Shown here in pieces: positions 20,465 to 30,111 of a stretch of DNA of 58,940 nt. Source of the stretch: Acidimicrobiales bacterium. GTDB lineage: Bacteria; Actinomycetota; Acidimicrobiia; Acidimicrobiales; VFJN01. Positions within the stretch are counted from its first letter, which is position 1; the number at the start of each line of letters is the position of its first letter. The DNA lies in assembly GCA_045807565.1 (NCBI GenBank), contig JBJMHD010000060.1:1-58940 (forward strand), written 5' to 3'. A program made the position numbers and the translations under genes. The notes under the pieces are model-generated. The model saw only the letters and a list, made by a program, of their open reading frames with translations, ran no database searches and had not been told where the DNA came from.

Positions 20465-21499
20465 GTGCGGGCGCTGACCGTCGCTCCCGGAGCCGCCGAC
20501 TCGGCGCGGCTCGATGAGCTGCCCGATCCCACCATCCCGGACGGCCACCTGCGGGTGGAGACGATGCTGGTGGGCGTCTGCGGCACGGATGCGGAGATCG
20601 TCCACGGCTCGTACGGGCGGGCGCCCGAGGGTGAGGATCGACTCGTCCTCGGCCACGAGGCTCTCGGCCGGGTGTCGTCAGCGGCAGGAGCGTTCCAGGT
20701 CGGCGATCTCGTCGTGCCCATCGTGAGGCGGCCCGATCCGGTCCCCTGTGGCGCCTGCGCAGCCGGTGAGTGGGACATGTGCGAGAACGGGCGCTTCAGC
20801 GAGCACGGCATCACGGGCGCGCACGGCTTCGCCCGTGACCGCTTCGCCCTGGATCCGGCGTACGCGGTCGCCGTGCCCGAAGGGCTCGGACGCAGTGCGG
20901 TGCTCGTCGAACCGGCGAGCGTCGTCGCCAAGGCCTGGGAGCAGATCGAGCGGATCGGCAGCCGGGCCCACTGGGACCCGTCGGCGGTCCTCGTCACCGG
21001 TGCCGGGCCGGTCGCGCTCCTCGCCGCCATGATGTCGCGGCAACGAGGGTTCGACACGGTCGTCCTGGATCGCGTCAGCGACGGACCGAAGCCCGAGCTC
21101 GTCGAGGCGCTCGGCGCTCGGTACACGACGGCGCCCGTCGCCGACGCGCGCCCCAAGCCGGACATCGTCATCGAGTGCACCGGCGCGGGCGCCGTCGTCC
21201 TCGACGCCATCGCACACACCGCTCCCTCAGGGATCGTCTGCTTGGCCGGCCTCTCGTCCGGCGCCCACACCGTCGAGCTCGACGCCGCCTCGCTGAACCG
21301 GGAGCTGGTGCTCGAGAACGACGTGGTGTTCGGGACCGTGAACGCCAACCGACGTCACTACGAGGCTGCCGTGCGTTCGCTCGAGCGTGCTGACCGGATG
21401 TGGCTGGAGGCGCTCATCACCAGATCCGTGCCAGTGGCGAAGTGGCGAGGCGCTCTGACGCGCGAGGAGCACGACGTGAAGGTCGTCCTCGAGCTCTGA
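20465..21499 (+). CDS. Zn-dependent glucose 1-dehydrogenase family (MDR)
   Basis: GVCGTD, LGHE, VRRPDPVPC..C..C, GAGPV, FGTVNAN; typical GH15 partner. Confidence 0.85.
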   Translation: MRALTVAPGAADSARLDELPDPTIPDGHLRVETMLVGVCGTDAEIVHGSYGRAPEGEDRLVLGHEALGRVSSAAGAFQVGDLVVPIVRRPDPVPCGACAAGEWDMCENGRFSEHGITGAHGFARDRFALDPAYAVAVPEGLGRSAVLVEPASVVAKAWEQIERIGSRAHWDPSAVLVTGAGPVALLAAMMSRQRGFDTVVLDRVSDGPKPELVEALGARYTTAPVADARPKPDIVIECTGAGAVVLDAIAHTAPSGIVCLAGLSSGAHTVELDAASLNRELVLENDVVFGTVNANRRHYEAAVRSLERADRMWLEALITRSVPVAKWRGALTREEHDVKVVLEL

Positions 21500-21535
21500 G
21501 CCAGACGGACACCGCTACCGGCGTGTCGTCGAGCG

Positions 21536-21913
21536 CTAGGTCGAGCCCTCGCCCTTCGGGGCGGAGCCGCCGACCTCCTTGACCTTGTCGATCAGCACGG
21601 CCAGGTCGCCGCCCTTGAGCACGGCGGCGTCGGCGCCAGCGGGCGGCGTGACGCCCACGTCGCGCCCGCTGAACACGACCACCGCGGCGCCCGGCGCGGC
21701 CTCGCGGAGCTCGGCCAGCAGGTCCTCGGGCGGCACCGTGCGGCCGAGCACCAGATCGGTGACGATCACGTCCGGGCGCGTGGCCGCGGCCAGCTCCACC
21801 CCTTCGGGCAGGCTCCCGGCCGTACCCACCACCTCGAACCCGCCGTCGAGCTCGAGCGAGATCGCGAGCAGCTCACGCAGGTCCGGCTCGTCATCGATCA
21901 GCAGCACTCTCAT
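21536..21913 (-). CDS. Single-domain response regulator (REC)
   Basis: LIDDE, PDVIVTDL, FSG, LKG; GGGGAG RBS. Confidence 0.85.
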   Translation of the reverse strand: MRVLLIDDEPDLRELLAISLELDGGFEVVGTAGSLPEGVELAAATRPDVIVTDLVLGRTVPPEDLLAELREAAPGAAVVVFSGRDVGVTPPAGADAAVLKGGDLAVLIDKVKEVGGSAPKGEGST

Positions 21914-21976
21914 GGCGACTCCCCGGCCGTTGGTTCGACCAGGAACACCTCACCACCTGCCCAGGAAGCGTACCGC

Positions 21977-22816
21977 TCAACCGGAAGAGCCGAGATGGCC
22001 GAGCAACAGGCGGGTGAAGGCGCCGGCGGCCAGCTCGGGGATCCAGTGCCCGACCCCCTCCAAGACCTCGAACCGGTACGGCCCGGTGACCAGCGCAGCC
22101 GTCGCCTCGGCGGCGTCGCGTCCGAGCGACGGGTCCTGGTCGCTCCAGACGTACAGCGTCGGCATCGTCGCCGCGGGGGTCGCCGCGCTCGCGGCGCCCG
22201 ACATCGATCGATACCAGTCGATGGCCGCGGTCAGGGCGCCCGGTTGCGACAGGACCGCCACGTACTCGTCGACGGCGTCGTCGTCGAGGCCGCGGTAGAC
22301 GTTGCGCAGGCCGGCGGCGTCCTCGGCCAGGAGCTGCGCCTCCAGCTCGCCACGCGCGGCCTCCCGGAAGGCGCGCATGTAGCCCGATCGCTCGTTCTGG
22401 TCCGACGACCCCTGGTAGCTGGCCTTGAACGCGGCGGGGTGCGGTGTGGACGCGACCGTGAGCGTGCGCACTCGCTGCGGGTGGTGGCCGGCCACCATCC
22501 ACGCGACCATCCCACCGAAGTCGTGGCCCACGAGGTCGAAGCGGTCGAAGCCACAGGCATCCGCCACCCCGAGCACGTCGTCGACGAGCGCAGCCGGCTT
22601 GTACGCGGACACCTGTGCGGGTCGCGCGCCCGGCGAGTAGCCGCGCTGGTCGAAGGCGACGGCGCGGCACCCAGCCTCCGCGAGCGCATCGAGCTGAGCC
22701 GCCCAGCACCGCGACGTCTGCGGAAACCCGTGGAGCAGCAGCACCGCACGCCCGCCGTCGGGCCCCGCCGATCGACCCGTGAACACGAGCCCATCAGCGG
22801 TGGTGATCTCGGCCAC
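21977..22816 (-). CDS. Alpha/beta hydrolase (epoxide hydrolase-like)
   Basis: LLHGFP, DQRGYS, GHDFGG nucleophile, GHWIPE; GTG start at 22816. Confidence 0.88.
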   Translation of the reverse strand: MAEITTADGLVFTGRSAGPDGGRAVLLLHGFPQTSRCWAAQLDALAEAGCRAVAFDQRGYSPGARPAQVSAYKPAALVDDVLGVADACGFDRFDLVGHDFGGMVAWMVAGHHPQRVRTLTVASTPHPAAFKASYQGSSDQNERSGYMRAFREAARGELEAQLLAEDAAGLRNVYRGLDDDAVDEYVAVLSQPGALTAAIDWYRSMSGAASAATPAATMPTLYVWSDQDPSLGRDAAEATAALVTGPYRFEVLEGVGHWIPELAAGAFTRLLLGHLGSSG

Positions 22817-22870
22817 GGCGTGACGGTACCGGTCGAGCCCGGTGCGCACCGGAGCGGTAGGTTCGGCCAC

Positions 22871-23563
22871 ATGTCGATGATCGAGTTCGCGAGCAACGGA
22901 TCGACCGCGCGAGGCCACCTCACCGTCCCCGCCGGCGGATCCGGCCCCGGTGTGATCGTGGTGCAGGAGTGGTGGGGCCTCGACCCCGGGATCAAGACGG
23001 TGTGCGACAAGCTCGCCGACGAGGGGTTCGTGGCCCTGGCGCCCGACCTGTACCACGGCGAGCTGGCCGCGCACGACGAGATGGACAAGGCCGGCCAGCT
23101 CATGTCGCAGCTCCCGATGGACCGCGCCGCGCGCGACATGGCCGGCGCCGTGGACGCCCTGCTCGCGCGGGACGAGGTCACCGGAAACGCGGTCGGCGTG
23201 GTGGGGTTCTGCATGGGCGGCATGCTCAGCTGGGTGCTGGCCACCCTGCGGCCCGACGCCGTGAAGGCGGTGGCGTCGTACTACGGCGCCCCGCTCGATC
23301 CGTCCAGCGAACCCGACTGGTCGGCGCTGGCGGCGAAGGTCGTCGCCCACCCCGCCGAGAACGACGACTTCTTCCCGCAAGCTGCGATCGAGGCCCTCGG
23401 CGAACGGCTCCGCGGGATGGGCAAGGACGTCACGGTCCACACCTATCCGGGCACGGGACACGCCTTCGCGAGCGAGCACAACGCCCTCGGCACCCGCAAC
23501 GACGAGGCCGCGGCTCTCGCGTGGGACCGCACCATCGAGCTGCTCCACTCCACCCTGGGCTGA
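22871..23563 (+). CDS. Dienelactone hydrolase family protein
   Basis: QEWWGL, APDLY, GFCMGG, YPGTGHAF. Confidence 0.9.
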   Translation: MSMIEFASNGSTARGHLTVPAGGSGPGVIVVQEWWGLDPGIKTVCDKLADEGFVALAPDLYHGELAAHDEMDKAGQLMSQLPMDRAARDMAGAVDALLARDEVTGNAVGVVGFCMGGMLSWVLATLRPDAVKAVASYYGAPLDPSSEPDWSALAAKVVAHPAENDDFFPQAAIEALGERLRGMGKDVTVHTYPGTGHAFASEHNALGTRNDEAAALAWDRTIELLHSTLG

Positions 23564-23597
23564 GCGGCTCGGCACCACGCGGTCCCGGCCACCTGGG

Positions 23598-25301
23598 TCA
23601 GGTCGCCGCTCCCGCCGCCCCCAGCGTGCACCACATCGGCGACACGGGGACCTGGCCGTGGAGGTCCACGCCAGGGACGAGGGTCGTCCCGGGAAGGCCA
23701 TCGGGGTTCTGCGCAGCGACGGGCGGCTTCATGGCGAGGTAGCGACGCACCTGCGGCTCGAGCTCCACGACCCAGAAGCCGCCCGACTCGGTGGCGAACC
23801 AGATCTGACCGCTCCTCGCGTCGTAGTGGGGGTGGCCCCACGCGTAGTCGAGGAGGACATCGGGGCCGGCATCCACGTCACCCGGGTTGAAGTACGCGAT
23901 CTCGCGGGGGTGCTCAGGGTCACGGACGTCCACCACCCGGATGCCGGCGTTCTGCATCGAGAGGATCGCGATCTTGGCGTCCTCCCGGCTGTCGAACTCG
24001 TGGTAGTGCACCGACGCCTGCACCTGCGACTGCAGCTGCGCCGCACAGTTCTCCGGTCGGTTGATCGCCAGGCCGAACGTGCTCACGTGCATCCGAGGCG
24101 CGTCGACGTCGGTGATGTCCGTGAAGCTCGGCTCCGCCGCCCCCGCGAACGGGTTGAGCCGGGAGGGTGCGCACCCGTAGGCCCCCTGGAAGACGCTCTC
24201 CTCCGCGTGCATGACCCACTCGCCGTGTCCTGCGATCTTCGCGGGGGTGACCGAATGGCCACGACCGGCGCGCTGGCTGTGGATGATCGGCATGCCCTTC
24301 GGCGTGCCGTCAGCGTTTCGCTCCAGCCACGGTCCGATGTCGGCGATGGTGAACACGTCGAACATCGGGGTCTGCGAGCCAAGGATGAGGCGCGTCCCGT
24401 CGTAGCTCGGCGCCGCCTCGTGACCGAAGTAGGTGGCAGGGAGCCCGCGGGTGCGGGCTGCGGGCACCGCGTCGTCGACATCGGCGCCGGGCGCCGGCGC
24501 GACCACGGGGAAGTCCATGGCGTTGTCGAGGTTGCCGAGGTACACGTAGTGCCCGCCCGCGAACATCGGGCTGATGTCGACCACCTGCGTGGGCTGCGTC
24601 GCGAAGACGTAGCGGCCGTTGCCCGAGATCGTCAGGTTGTGGATGTTCTCGGGCCAGCGGACGGTGCCGAGGTGCACCGGGTCGGTGCAGCGGTCACCGG
24701 TGACGTCGTACACCTCCATCGGCTTGTCGCCGCCGGACCCGAAGTTGCCGTACTGGCCGGTCACCAGGATCGAGCGGGTGACCTTGTGGGTGTCGGGGTC
24801 GACGACATCGGTCGCGTGCAGCGTCTCGCTGACGAGGGAGGTGGCGCCGCTGCCCTTCAGCGTCTTCACGTGCACCGGATCGGACGAGCTGCTCACGTCG
24901 ACCACAGCAACCCCACCCGAGTCATCGGCCGAGCTGTACATCGCCGGACCGAACACCGTGCCGGGACCGGCCACGTACGCGCAGTGGCTGGCGGTTGCCA
25001 TGTTGGCGTTGCCGCCCTCGTCACGGCCGTCCGCGTCCAGGACCTCACGGGCGACCAGCGCGAGCCCGCAGTTGTAACCCGCTTCGGCTCGCGACCGGCC
25101 GGCGGCGTCCTCCGTGCGGTGGGCCATGGGCACGTCGCCCTGCAGCTGGGGGGTCGGCGTGCGATCGAGGCTCAGGCCCTCGGGCAGATCCTTCGCCCCG
25201 CACAGCGGCAGCCCGAGGGGGAGGAGGCCGGCCGGTGCCTCCGCCAGCGGCACGGTGGACAGCACGAGGAAGACCGCTGCGACCATCCCCAGCCTGCGCA
25301 C
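23598..25301 (-). CDS. Secreted Cys-containing LVIVD-like/beta-propeller protein
   Basis: Signal peptide; GVAVVDVS, IHNL, SVHYHE, GIRVVDVRDPEHPREIAYFNP, GGFWVVEL. Confidence 0.7.
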   Translation of the reverse strand: MRRLGMVAAVFLVLSTVPLAEAPAGLLPLGLPLCGAKDLPEGLSLDRTPTPQLQGDVPMAHRTEDAAGRSRAEAGYNCGLALVAREVLDADGRDEGGNANMATASHCAYVAGPGTVFGPAMYSSADDSGGVAVVDVSSSSDPVHVKTLKGSGATSLVSETLHATDVVDPDTHKVTRSILVTGQYGNFGSGGDKPMEVYDVTGDRCTDPVHLGTVRWPENIHNLTISGNGRYVFATQPTQVVDISPMFAGGHYVYLGNLDNAMDFPVVAPAPGADVDDAVPAARTRGLPATYFGHEAAPSYDGTRLILGSQTPMFDVFTIADIGPWLERNADGTPKGMPIIHSQRAGRGHSVTPAKIAGHGEWVMHAEESVFQGAYGCAPSRLNPFAGAAEPSFTDITDVDAPRMHVSTFGLAINRPENCAAQLQSQVQASVHYHEFDSREDAKIAILSMQNAGIRVVDVRDPEHPREIAYFNPGDVDAGPDVLLDYAWGHPHYDARSGQIWFATESGGFWVVELEPQVRRYLAMKPPVAAQNPDGLPGTTLVPGVDLHGQVPVSPMWCTLGAAGAAT

Positions 25302-25368
25302 CTAGAGCAGGTTCGCCGCGCCGCGCCCAGGTCCTTCCGGTTCGGCGCAGAAGTCCCCTGCTGGCCTG

Positions 25369-26577
25369 TCAGGGCGATGGCTCCTTGGGGAGCCCCAGGA
25401 CGCGCTCCCCCACGATGTTCCGCTGCACCTGGGCGGTGCCGCCCCAGATGGTGACCGAGCGGGTGGACAGGAAGCTGGTGGTCCACCGGTCCGGCGCGTA
25501 GCCCTCCGCCGGCTCGTCTCCGATCACCATCGCGTCGGCACCGCGGATGTTCACCATGCGCTCGGCGAACCGCTGGGCGTACTCCGACCAGAACATCTTG
25601 TTGATGCTGCTCGCCGGTCCCGGCTCCTTCTTGGCGACGACCTCGCTCAGGAGCTTGAGGCCCTGGAACCGCATGATCTCGACGTGGGTGTAGGCCCACG
25701 CCAGCTCCTGCCGGACGACCGGATCGGTGTTCCTCCCTTGTGCCCTCGCGAGCGCGATCGCGTCCCAGAGCTGCTTGGTGTACTGGACGTGCTGCGTGGT
25801 GGCGCTGCCGCCTCGCTCGTTGCCGAGCGTGGTCATGGTCACGCGCCAGCCGTCGTGCAGGCCGCCGATCACGTTGAACACCGGCGCGCGGGCTTCGGTG
25901 ATGAAGGTCTCGGTGAAGTGCGCGCTCCCCGTCATCTGGCGGATCGGACGCAGGTCGAAGCCGTTCGACGTCCCGTCCTCTCGGTACATCGGTGTGAGGA
26001 CGTAGCTGATGCCCTTGTGCTTCGGCGCGTCAGGATCGGTACGGCACAGGCAGAACATCATGTTGGCGGTCTGGGCGCCGGAGGTCCACACCTTCTGGCC
26101 GGTGATCACGACCTCGTCGCCGTCGACGACGCCGACGGTCATGAGGCCCGCCAGGTCGCTGCCGGCGTCCGGCTCGCTGAACCCCTGGCAGTACCGGTCG
26201 GTGCCGTCGATGATGCGCGGCAGGAAGTGCGCCTTCTGCTCGTCGGTGCCCCACACGATGATCGACGGACCGACGAGCCACTCCCCCATCCCGCGCGTCA
26301 CCCGTGGGACCCCGGCCCGCGCGAACTCCTCGTTCATCACCGCGACCTCGACGCCGGACAACCCGCGCCCGCCGTACTCCTTGGGCCACGACACGCACAC
26401 GTACCCCGCCTCGTGCAGCTTCCGGAGCCAGCCCTTCACCGCGGGGCTGGCGGCCATGAGCTGGGCGCGCTCGGTCTCCACGCCGACGAGGTCATCGGGT
26501 CGGTTCGCCTCCAGCCACTGCCGCAGCTCGTCGCGGAACGCCCGCGCCGCGGGCCCGAGGTCGATCTCCAACGGCAT
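25369..26577 (-). CDS. Acyl-CoA dehydrogenase family protein
   Basis: WPKEYGGRG, CQGFSEPDAGSDLA, GQKVWTS, IWGGTAQVQRNI. Confidence 0.93.
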   Translation of the reverse strand: MPLEIDLGPAARAFRDELRQWLEANRPDDLVGVETERAQLMAASPAVKGWLRKLHEAGYVCVSWPKEYGGRGLSGVEVAVMNEEFARAGVPRVTRGMGEWLVGPSIIVWGTDEQKAHFLPRIIDGTDRYCQGFSEPDAGSDLAGLMTVGVVDGDEVVITGQKVWTSGAQTANMMFCLCRTDPDAPKHKGISYVLTPMYREDGTSNGFDLRPIRQMTGSAHFTETFITEARAPVFNVIGGLHDGWRVTMTTLGNERGGSATTQHVQYTKQLWDAIALARAQGRNTDPVVRQELAWAYTHVEIMRFQGLKLLSEVVAKKEPGPASSINKMFWSEYAQRFAERMVNIRGADAMVIGDEPAEGYAPDRWTTSFLSTRSVTIWGGTAQVQRNIVGERVLGLPKEPSP

Positions 26578-26687
26578 GGCTTCCCCCGTCGCTCCAGCGC
26601 CGGCGACCCGGGCTCGTCCCCCCGGCGGCGTCGTGTGCGCACTGTGCCACGATGCGGGAGGACGACACGAGCCGGGTGGGAGGACCG

Positions 26688-27620
26688 ATGGCCGACACCG
26701 TGAGCCGGAGCGCCGCGCATCGGCTCCAAGACCGCCCCAGCCTCACCGCCGAGGCGGTCACCATGGCGCGTGCGCTCGAGCACCTGAAGCCGCCGGACCG
26801 GCGGATCATCGACGACCCCTGGGCGCACCTCTTCCTCTCGCGGGCGAGCCGCACCGCCTTGCGGGCGTGGTCCGGCAGCCTCACCGGCCGAACGCTCCGT
26901 CGGCTGGGCGCCACGGGCACCTCCTGGGTGCCCCTGCGACACCGCTTCATCGACGACCACCTGATCGCCGCGCTCGAGGGCGGCGCTGCGCAGGTGGTCC
27001 TGCTCGGTGCCGGCTACGACACCCGCGCCTACCGCTTCGCCGAGGAGCTCGACGGCCGGCCGGTCTTCGAGGTGGACCTTCCGGCGATCAGCCGTTCGAA
27101 GGCGGCGACGATCGAGCGACACGCCGATGAGCTGCCGGCAACCCGAGTCCTGCGGGTCGAGGTCGACTTCGAGGAGCAGTCGCTCGACGAGGAGCTCCTG
27201 CGCGCTGGCCTCGAGCCGGACGCGGTCACCTTCGTCACGTGGGAGGGCGTGCCCATGTACCTCACGAGGGTGGCGGTGAAGGGCACCCTCGATGCGGTGC
27301 GATCGGTCGTCGGTCCCCGGAGCGTGATCGCGCACGACATGTGGACCGTCGTCGACGACCCCGGGCTGATGGGCACCGCCCGCCGCCTGGCGCCGAGCGC
27401 GCTGAGCTTCATCGGCGAGCCGGTCACCTTCTGCGTCCACCCCGAGGAGATCGGTTGCTTCTACGAGCAGCGTGGCTTCGAGGTCACCGACGTCGTCAGC
27501 GCCGACGATCTCGTCCAGCGCTACAGCCCTGGTGAGCGGGCCCTGGTGGACCCGTCCCTCTACGCCCTCACCGCGGCCGTGCCAGGATCCGGGCGAGGCA
27601 AGGGGAGGAAGGTCACATGA
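26688..27620 (+). CDS. SAM-dependent methyltransferase (leucine carboxyl methyltransferase-like)
   Basis: DPWA, RHRFIDD, QVVLLGAGYDTRAYR, EVDLP, WEGVPMYL; GGAGGA RBS. Confidence 0.88.
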   Translation: MADTVSRSAAHRLQDRPSLTAEAVTMARALEHLKPPDRRIIDDPWAHLFLSRASRTALRAWSGSLTGRTLRRLGATGTSWVPLRHRFIDDHLIAALEGGAAQVVLLGAGYDTRAYRFAEELDGRPVFEVDLPAISRSKAATIERHADELPATRVLRVEVDFEEQSLDEELLRAGLEPDAVTFVTWEGVPMYLTRVAVKGTLDAVRSVVGPRSVIAHDMWTVVDDPGLMGTARRLAPSALSFIGEPVTFCVHPEEIGCFYEQRGFEVTDVVSADDLVQRYSPGERALVDPSLYALTAAVPGSGRGKGRKVT

Positions 27621-28531
27621 GCGGCATGTGCGAGGGACGGGTGGCCATCGTCACGGGCGCCGGCCGGGGCATCGGGCGCGAGTACGCGCTGATGCTGGCC
27701 GAGCAGGGCGCGAAGGTGGTGGTCAACGATCTCGGTGGCGACCGCGACGGCAGCGGAGCCGACACGTCGCCGGCGCAGCAGGTGGTCGACGAGATCGCCG
27801 GCATGGGAGGCGAGGCGGTCGTCAACGGCGCCGACGTCAGCGACTTCACCGCGGCCAAGGACATGGTGGATCAGGCGATCGACACGTTCGGCGGGCTCGA
27901 CGTCGTCGTGAACAACGCGGGCATCCTGCGCGATCGCATGCTCACCAACATGACCGAGGACGAGTGGGACCTCGTCGTCAAGGTGCACCTCAAGGGCACC
28001 TTCGCCCCATCCCGCCACGCCGCTGCCTATTGGCGCGAGCGGTCGAAGGCAGGCGAGACGAACGATGCCCGCATCATCAACACGACCTCTGTGTCGGGCA
28101 TCTACGGCAACGTCGGCCAGACCAACTACGGCGCGGCGAAGCAGGGCATCGCCGGCTTCACCTTCATCGCCGCGCTCGAGCTCGCGCGCTACGGGGTGAC
28201 GGTGAACGCGATCGCGCCGGGTGCGCTCACCCGGCTCACCGAGGACCTGGGCCCGGAGCGCACCGAGGAGCAGAAGGAGGCGTCCTCGCCGCGGTGGATC
28301 GCGCCGCTGTGCACGTGGCTGGCGAGCCCCCAGTCGGCGGGCGTCACCGGACGGGTCTTCGAGTCGTCCGGCCGGATGCTCGCCGTCGCCGAGGGATGGC
28401 ATCGAGGCCCCACCGCCAAGCCTGTCGACGATCCCACCCAGGTGGACTCGCTCGTGCGCGACCTGCTCGCCAAGGCCCGACCGCCGGCCGGCATGGACGG
28501 GCAGGACCTCGCCGGTTGGGACGATCGCTGA
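27617..28531 (+). CDS. Short-chain dehydrogenase/reductase
   Basis: TGAGRGIG, NNAGILRD, NYGAAK; ATGA overlap with the upstream gene. Confidence 0.93.
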   Translation: MSGMCEGRVAIVTGAGRGIGREYALMLAEQGAKVVVNDLGGDRDGSGADTSPAQQVVDEIAGMGGEAVVNGADVSDFTAAKDMVDQAIDTFGGLDVVVNNAGILRDRMLTNMTEDEWDLVVKVHLKGTFAPSRHAAAYWRERSKAGETNDARIINTTSVSGIYGNVGQTNYGAAKQGIAGFTFIAALELARYGVTVNAIAPGALTRLTEDLGPERTEEQKEASSPRWIAPLCTWLASPQSAGVTGRVFESSGRMLAVAEGWHRGPTAKPVDDPTQVDSLVRDLLAKARPPAGMDGQDLAGWDDR

Positions 28532-28541
28532 GGCTGCGCCC

Positions 28542-30017
28542 TCAGCACTCCGCGCCGTCGGGCGGCTCACCGGTGGAGTAGCCGACCACGGTGGTGGTCG
28601 TCGGCGGCGGTGCGGTCGTGGTGGTGGTCTCGCCGGCGTCGGTGGGGGCGGTGGTGCCCGTGGTGGCCGAGGTCGTCGTGTGCTGGTCGTCGGGCGACCC
28701 CTTGGGGGCGGGCTGATCGTGGATCGTGGTGAAGTCGCTGCCCGTGACGAGCACCACCTCCGTGGGCCCGAGGTCGGGATCCGGCACCAACGCCGCACCA
28801 CCGGTGATGTGGGCGGCCACCCGCTGCGCCGAGCCGCCGCCGTAGGCGCCGTACAGGACCGTGGTGCGGGTGACGTCCTCGGTGGGGTACGAGGCGACGT
28901 CGATGACGTTGAAGCCGATCTCGCGGAGCGCACCCGCGGCGTCGGCCGCTTGCCCGGCGATCCCCGTGCCGTTGAGCACGGAGAGGTCGATGCTCTCGGG
29001 GCTCAGCGTGCCGGGTGGCAGCCCCCGGAAGACGTTCAGCATCGTCTGCGCCTTGCGCATCAGCGGGAGCTCCACCCGCGCGCCGCCTGACGTCGTCATC
29101 GGTTCGCTGGGGATGCTGTAGCCCTTGAGGTCGTCGGCGTCGAAGTGCGCGAACGCCTGTCCGATGCCGAGGAGGTCACCGGCGTCGAGGTGCTCGTCGA
29201 GGCTCACGTTGGCAACGCCCGCCGACACGAGCTCGTTGAGGGTCACCGGGTTGGTCAGCCCCTCCTTCACCGCCTTGTCGACCGCTCGGCGCACGAAGGT
29301 CTGCTGCCGCGTGATGCGCCCGAGGTCGGCAGATGGGTCGCGGTGCCAGTCGCCGTCCGGATCTTGGTACTCGAGGTACCGCGAGCGCACGAACCGGCGC
29401 GCCTGCTCCCCGTCGAGCACGACGCACTTGGCCTGCGGGACGTCGAGCCCGGTGTGGCGGTCGCGGACGGGCGCGTCGAACCAGAGCGGCACGCCACCCA
29501 CAGCGTCGACCAACCGCTGGAAGCCGACGAAGTCGATCTCCACGTAGTGGTGGATCGGGATGTCGAAGTTGTCCTGGATGGTGTCGATCAGCGTCTGCGC
29601 ACCGTGGGCGTGCGCGGAGTTGATGCGGGCCCTCTTGTCCGTGCCCGAGATCGGGACGAACAGGTCACGTGGGAACGAGAGGATGTACGCCTGCTTCTTC
29701 TCGGGATCGACTCGCACGACCATGATCGTGTCCGTGCAGTCGCAACCGTTGTCACCGAGGAACGCTCCGGCGTCCGGGTCGTCCTCCTCGATGCCCGCCC
29801 GGCTGTCGGTGCCCACCACCAGGTAGTTGGCGGCCTCCCCGGTGCGCGCCGCCAGGTCGATGTCGCTCACCCGGGTGATCTGACCGAACCGGACGCCGAG
29901 GTAGCCGGCGACCGACGCCGTGCCCACGCAGAGCGCGACGAGCAGGCACCCCAAGATGATCACGAGCCGCTGAGGCCAGGTGCGCGGGCGCGCGCGAGGT
30001 CGAGGGGCAGCCGGCAT
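28542..30017 (-). CDS. LCP (LytR-CpsA-Psr) protein with LytR_C domain and Thr-rich tail
   Basis: One TM helix; LVVGTDSR, DTIM, SFPRD, RINSA, DLGRITRQQ; VLNGTG..G.A. Confidence 0.9.
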   Translation of the reverse strand: MPAAPRPRARPRTWPQRLVIILGCLLVALCVGTASVAGYLGVRFGQITRVSDIDLAARTGEAANYLVVGTDSRAGIEEDDPDAGAFLGDNGCDCTDTIMVVRVDPEKKQAYILSFPRDLFVPISGTDKRARINSAHAHGAQTLIDTIQDNFDIPIHHYVEIDFVGFQRLVDAVGGVPLWFDAPVRDRHTGLDVPQAKCVVLDGEQARRFVRSRYLEYQDPDGDWHRDPSADLGRITRQQTFVRRAVDKAVKEGLTNPVTLNELVSAGVANVSLDEHLDAGDLLGIGQAFAHFDADDLKGYSIPSEPMTTSGGARVELPLMRKAQTMLNVFRGLPPGTLSPESIDLSVLNGTGIAGQAADAAGALREIGFNVIDVASYPTEDVTRTTVLYGAYGGGSAQRVAAHITGGAALVPDPDLGPTEVVLVTGSDFTTIHDQPAPKGSPDDQHTTTSATTGTTAPTDAGETTTTTAPPPTTTTVVGYSTGEPPDGAEC

Positions 30018-30111
30018 GGTCGAACCACGGTAGTGGTGAGCCCCCCGTCGCCCACAGTCACCCCGGCCGCCCGGTGCCGACGCGAATGCCGCCCCTGGGT
30101 AGGGTCGGGCC

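Noticed and set aside
18562-21348. Long antisense ORFs (this 928-aa one, 35363-37591, 39655-41874 and others)
   Set aside because: Shadow frames opposite well-supported genes; no recognisable motifs.
18580-28531. Genomic island integrated at tRNA-Arg
   Set aside because: No integrase, no duplicated tRNA 3' end seen, and no obvious compositional shift.
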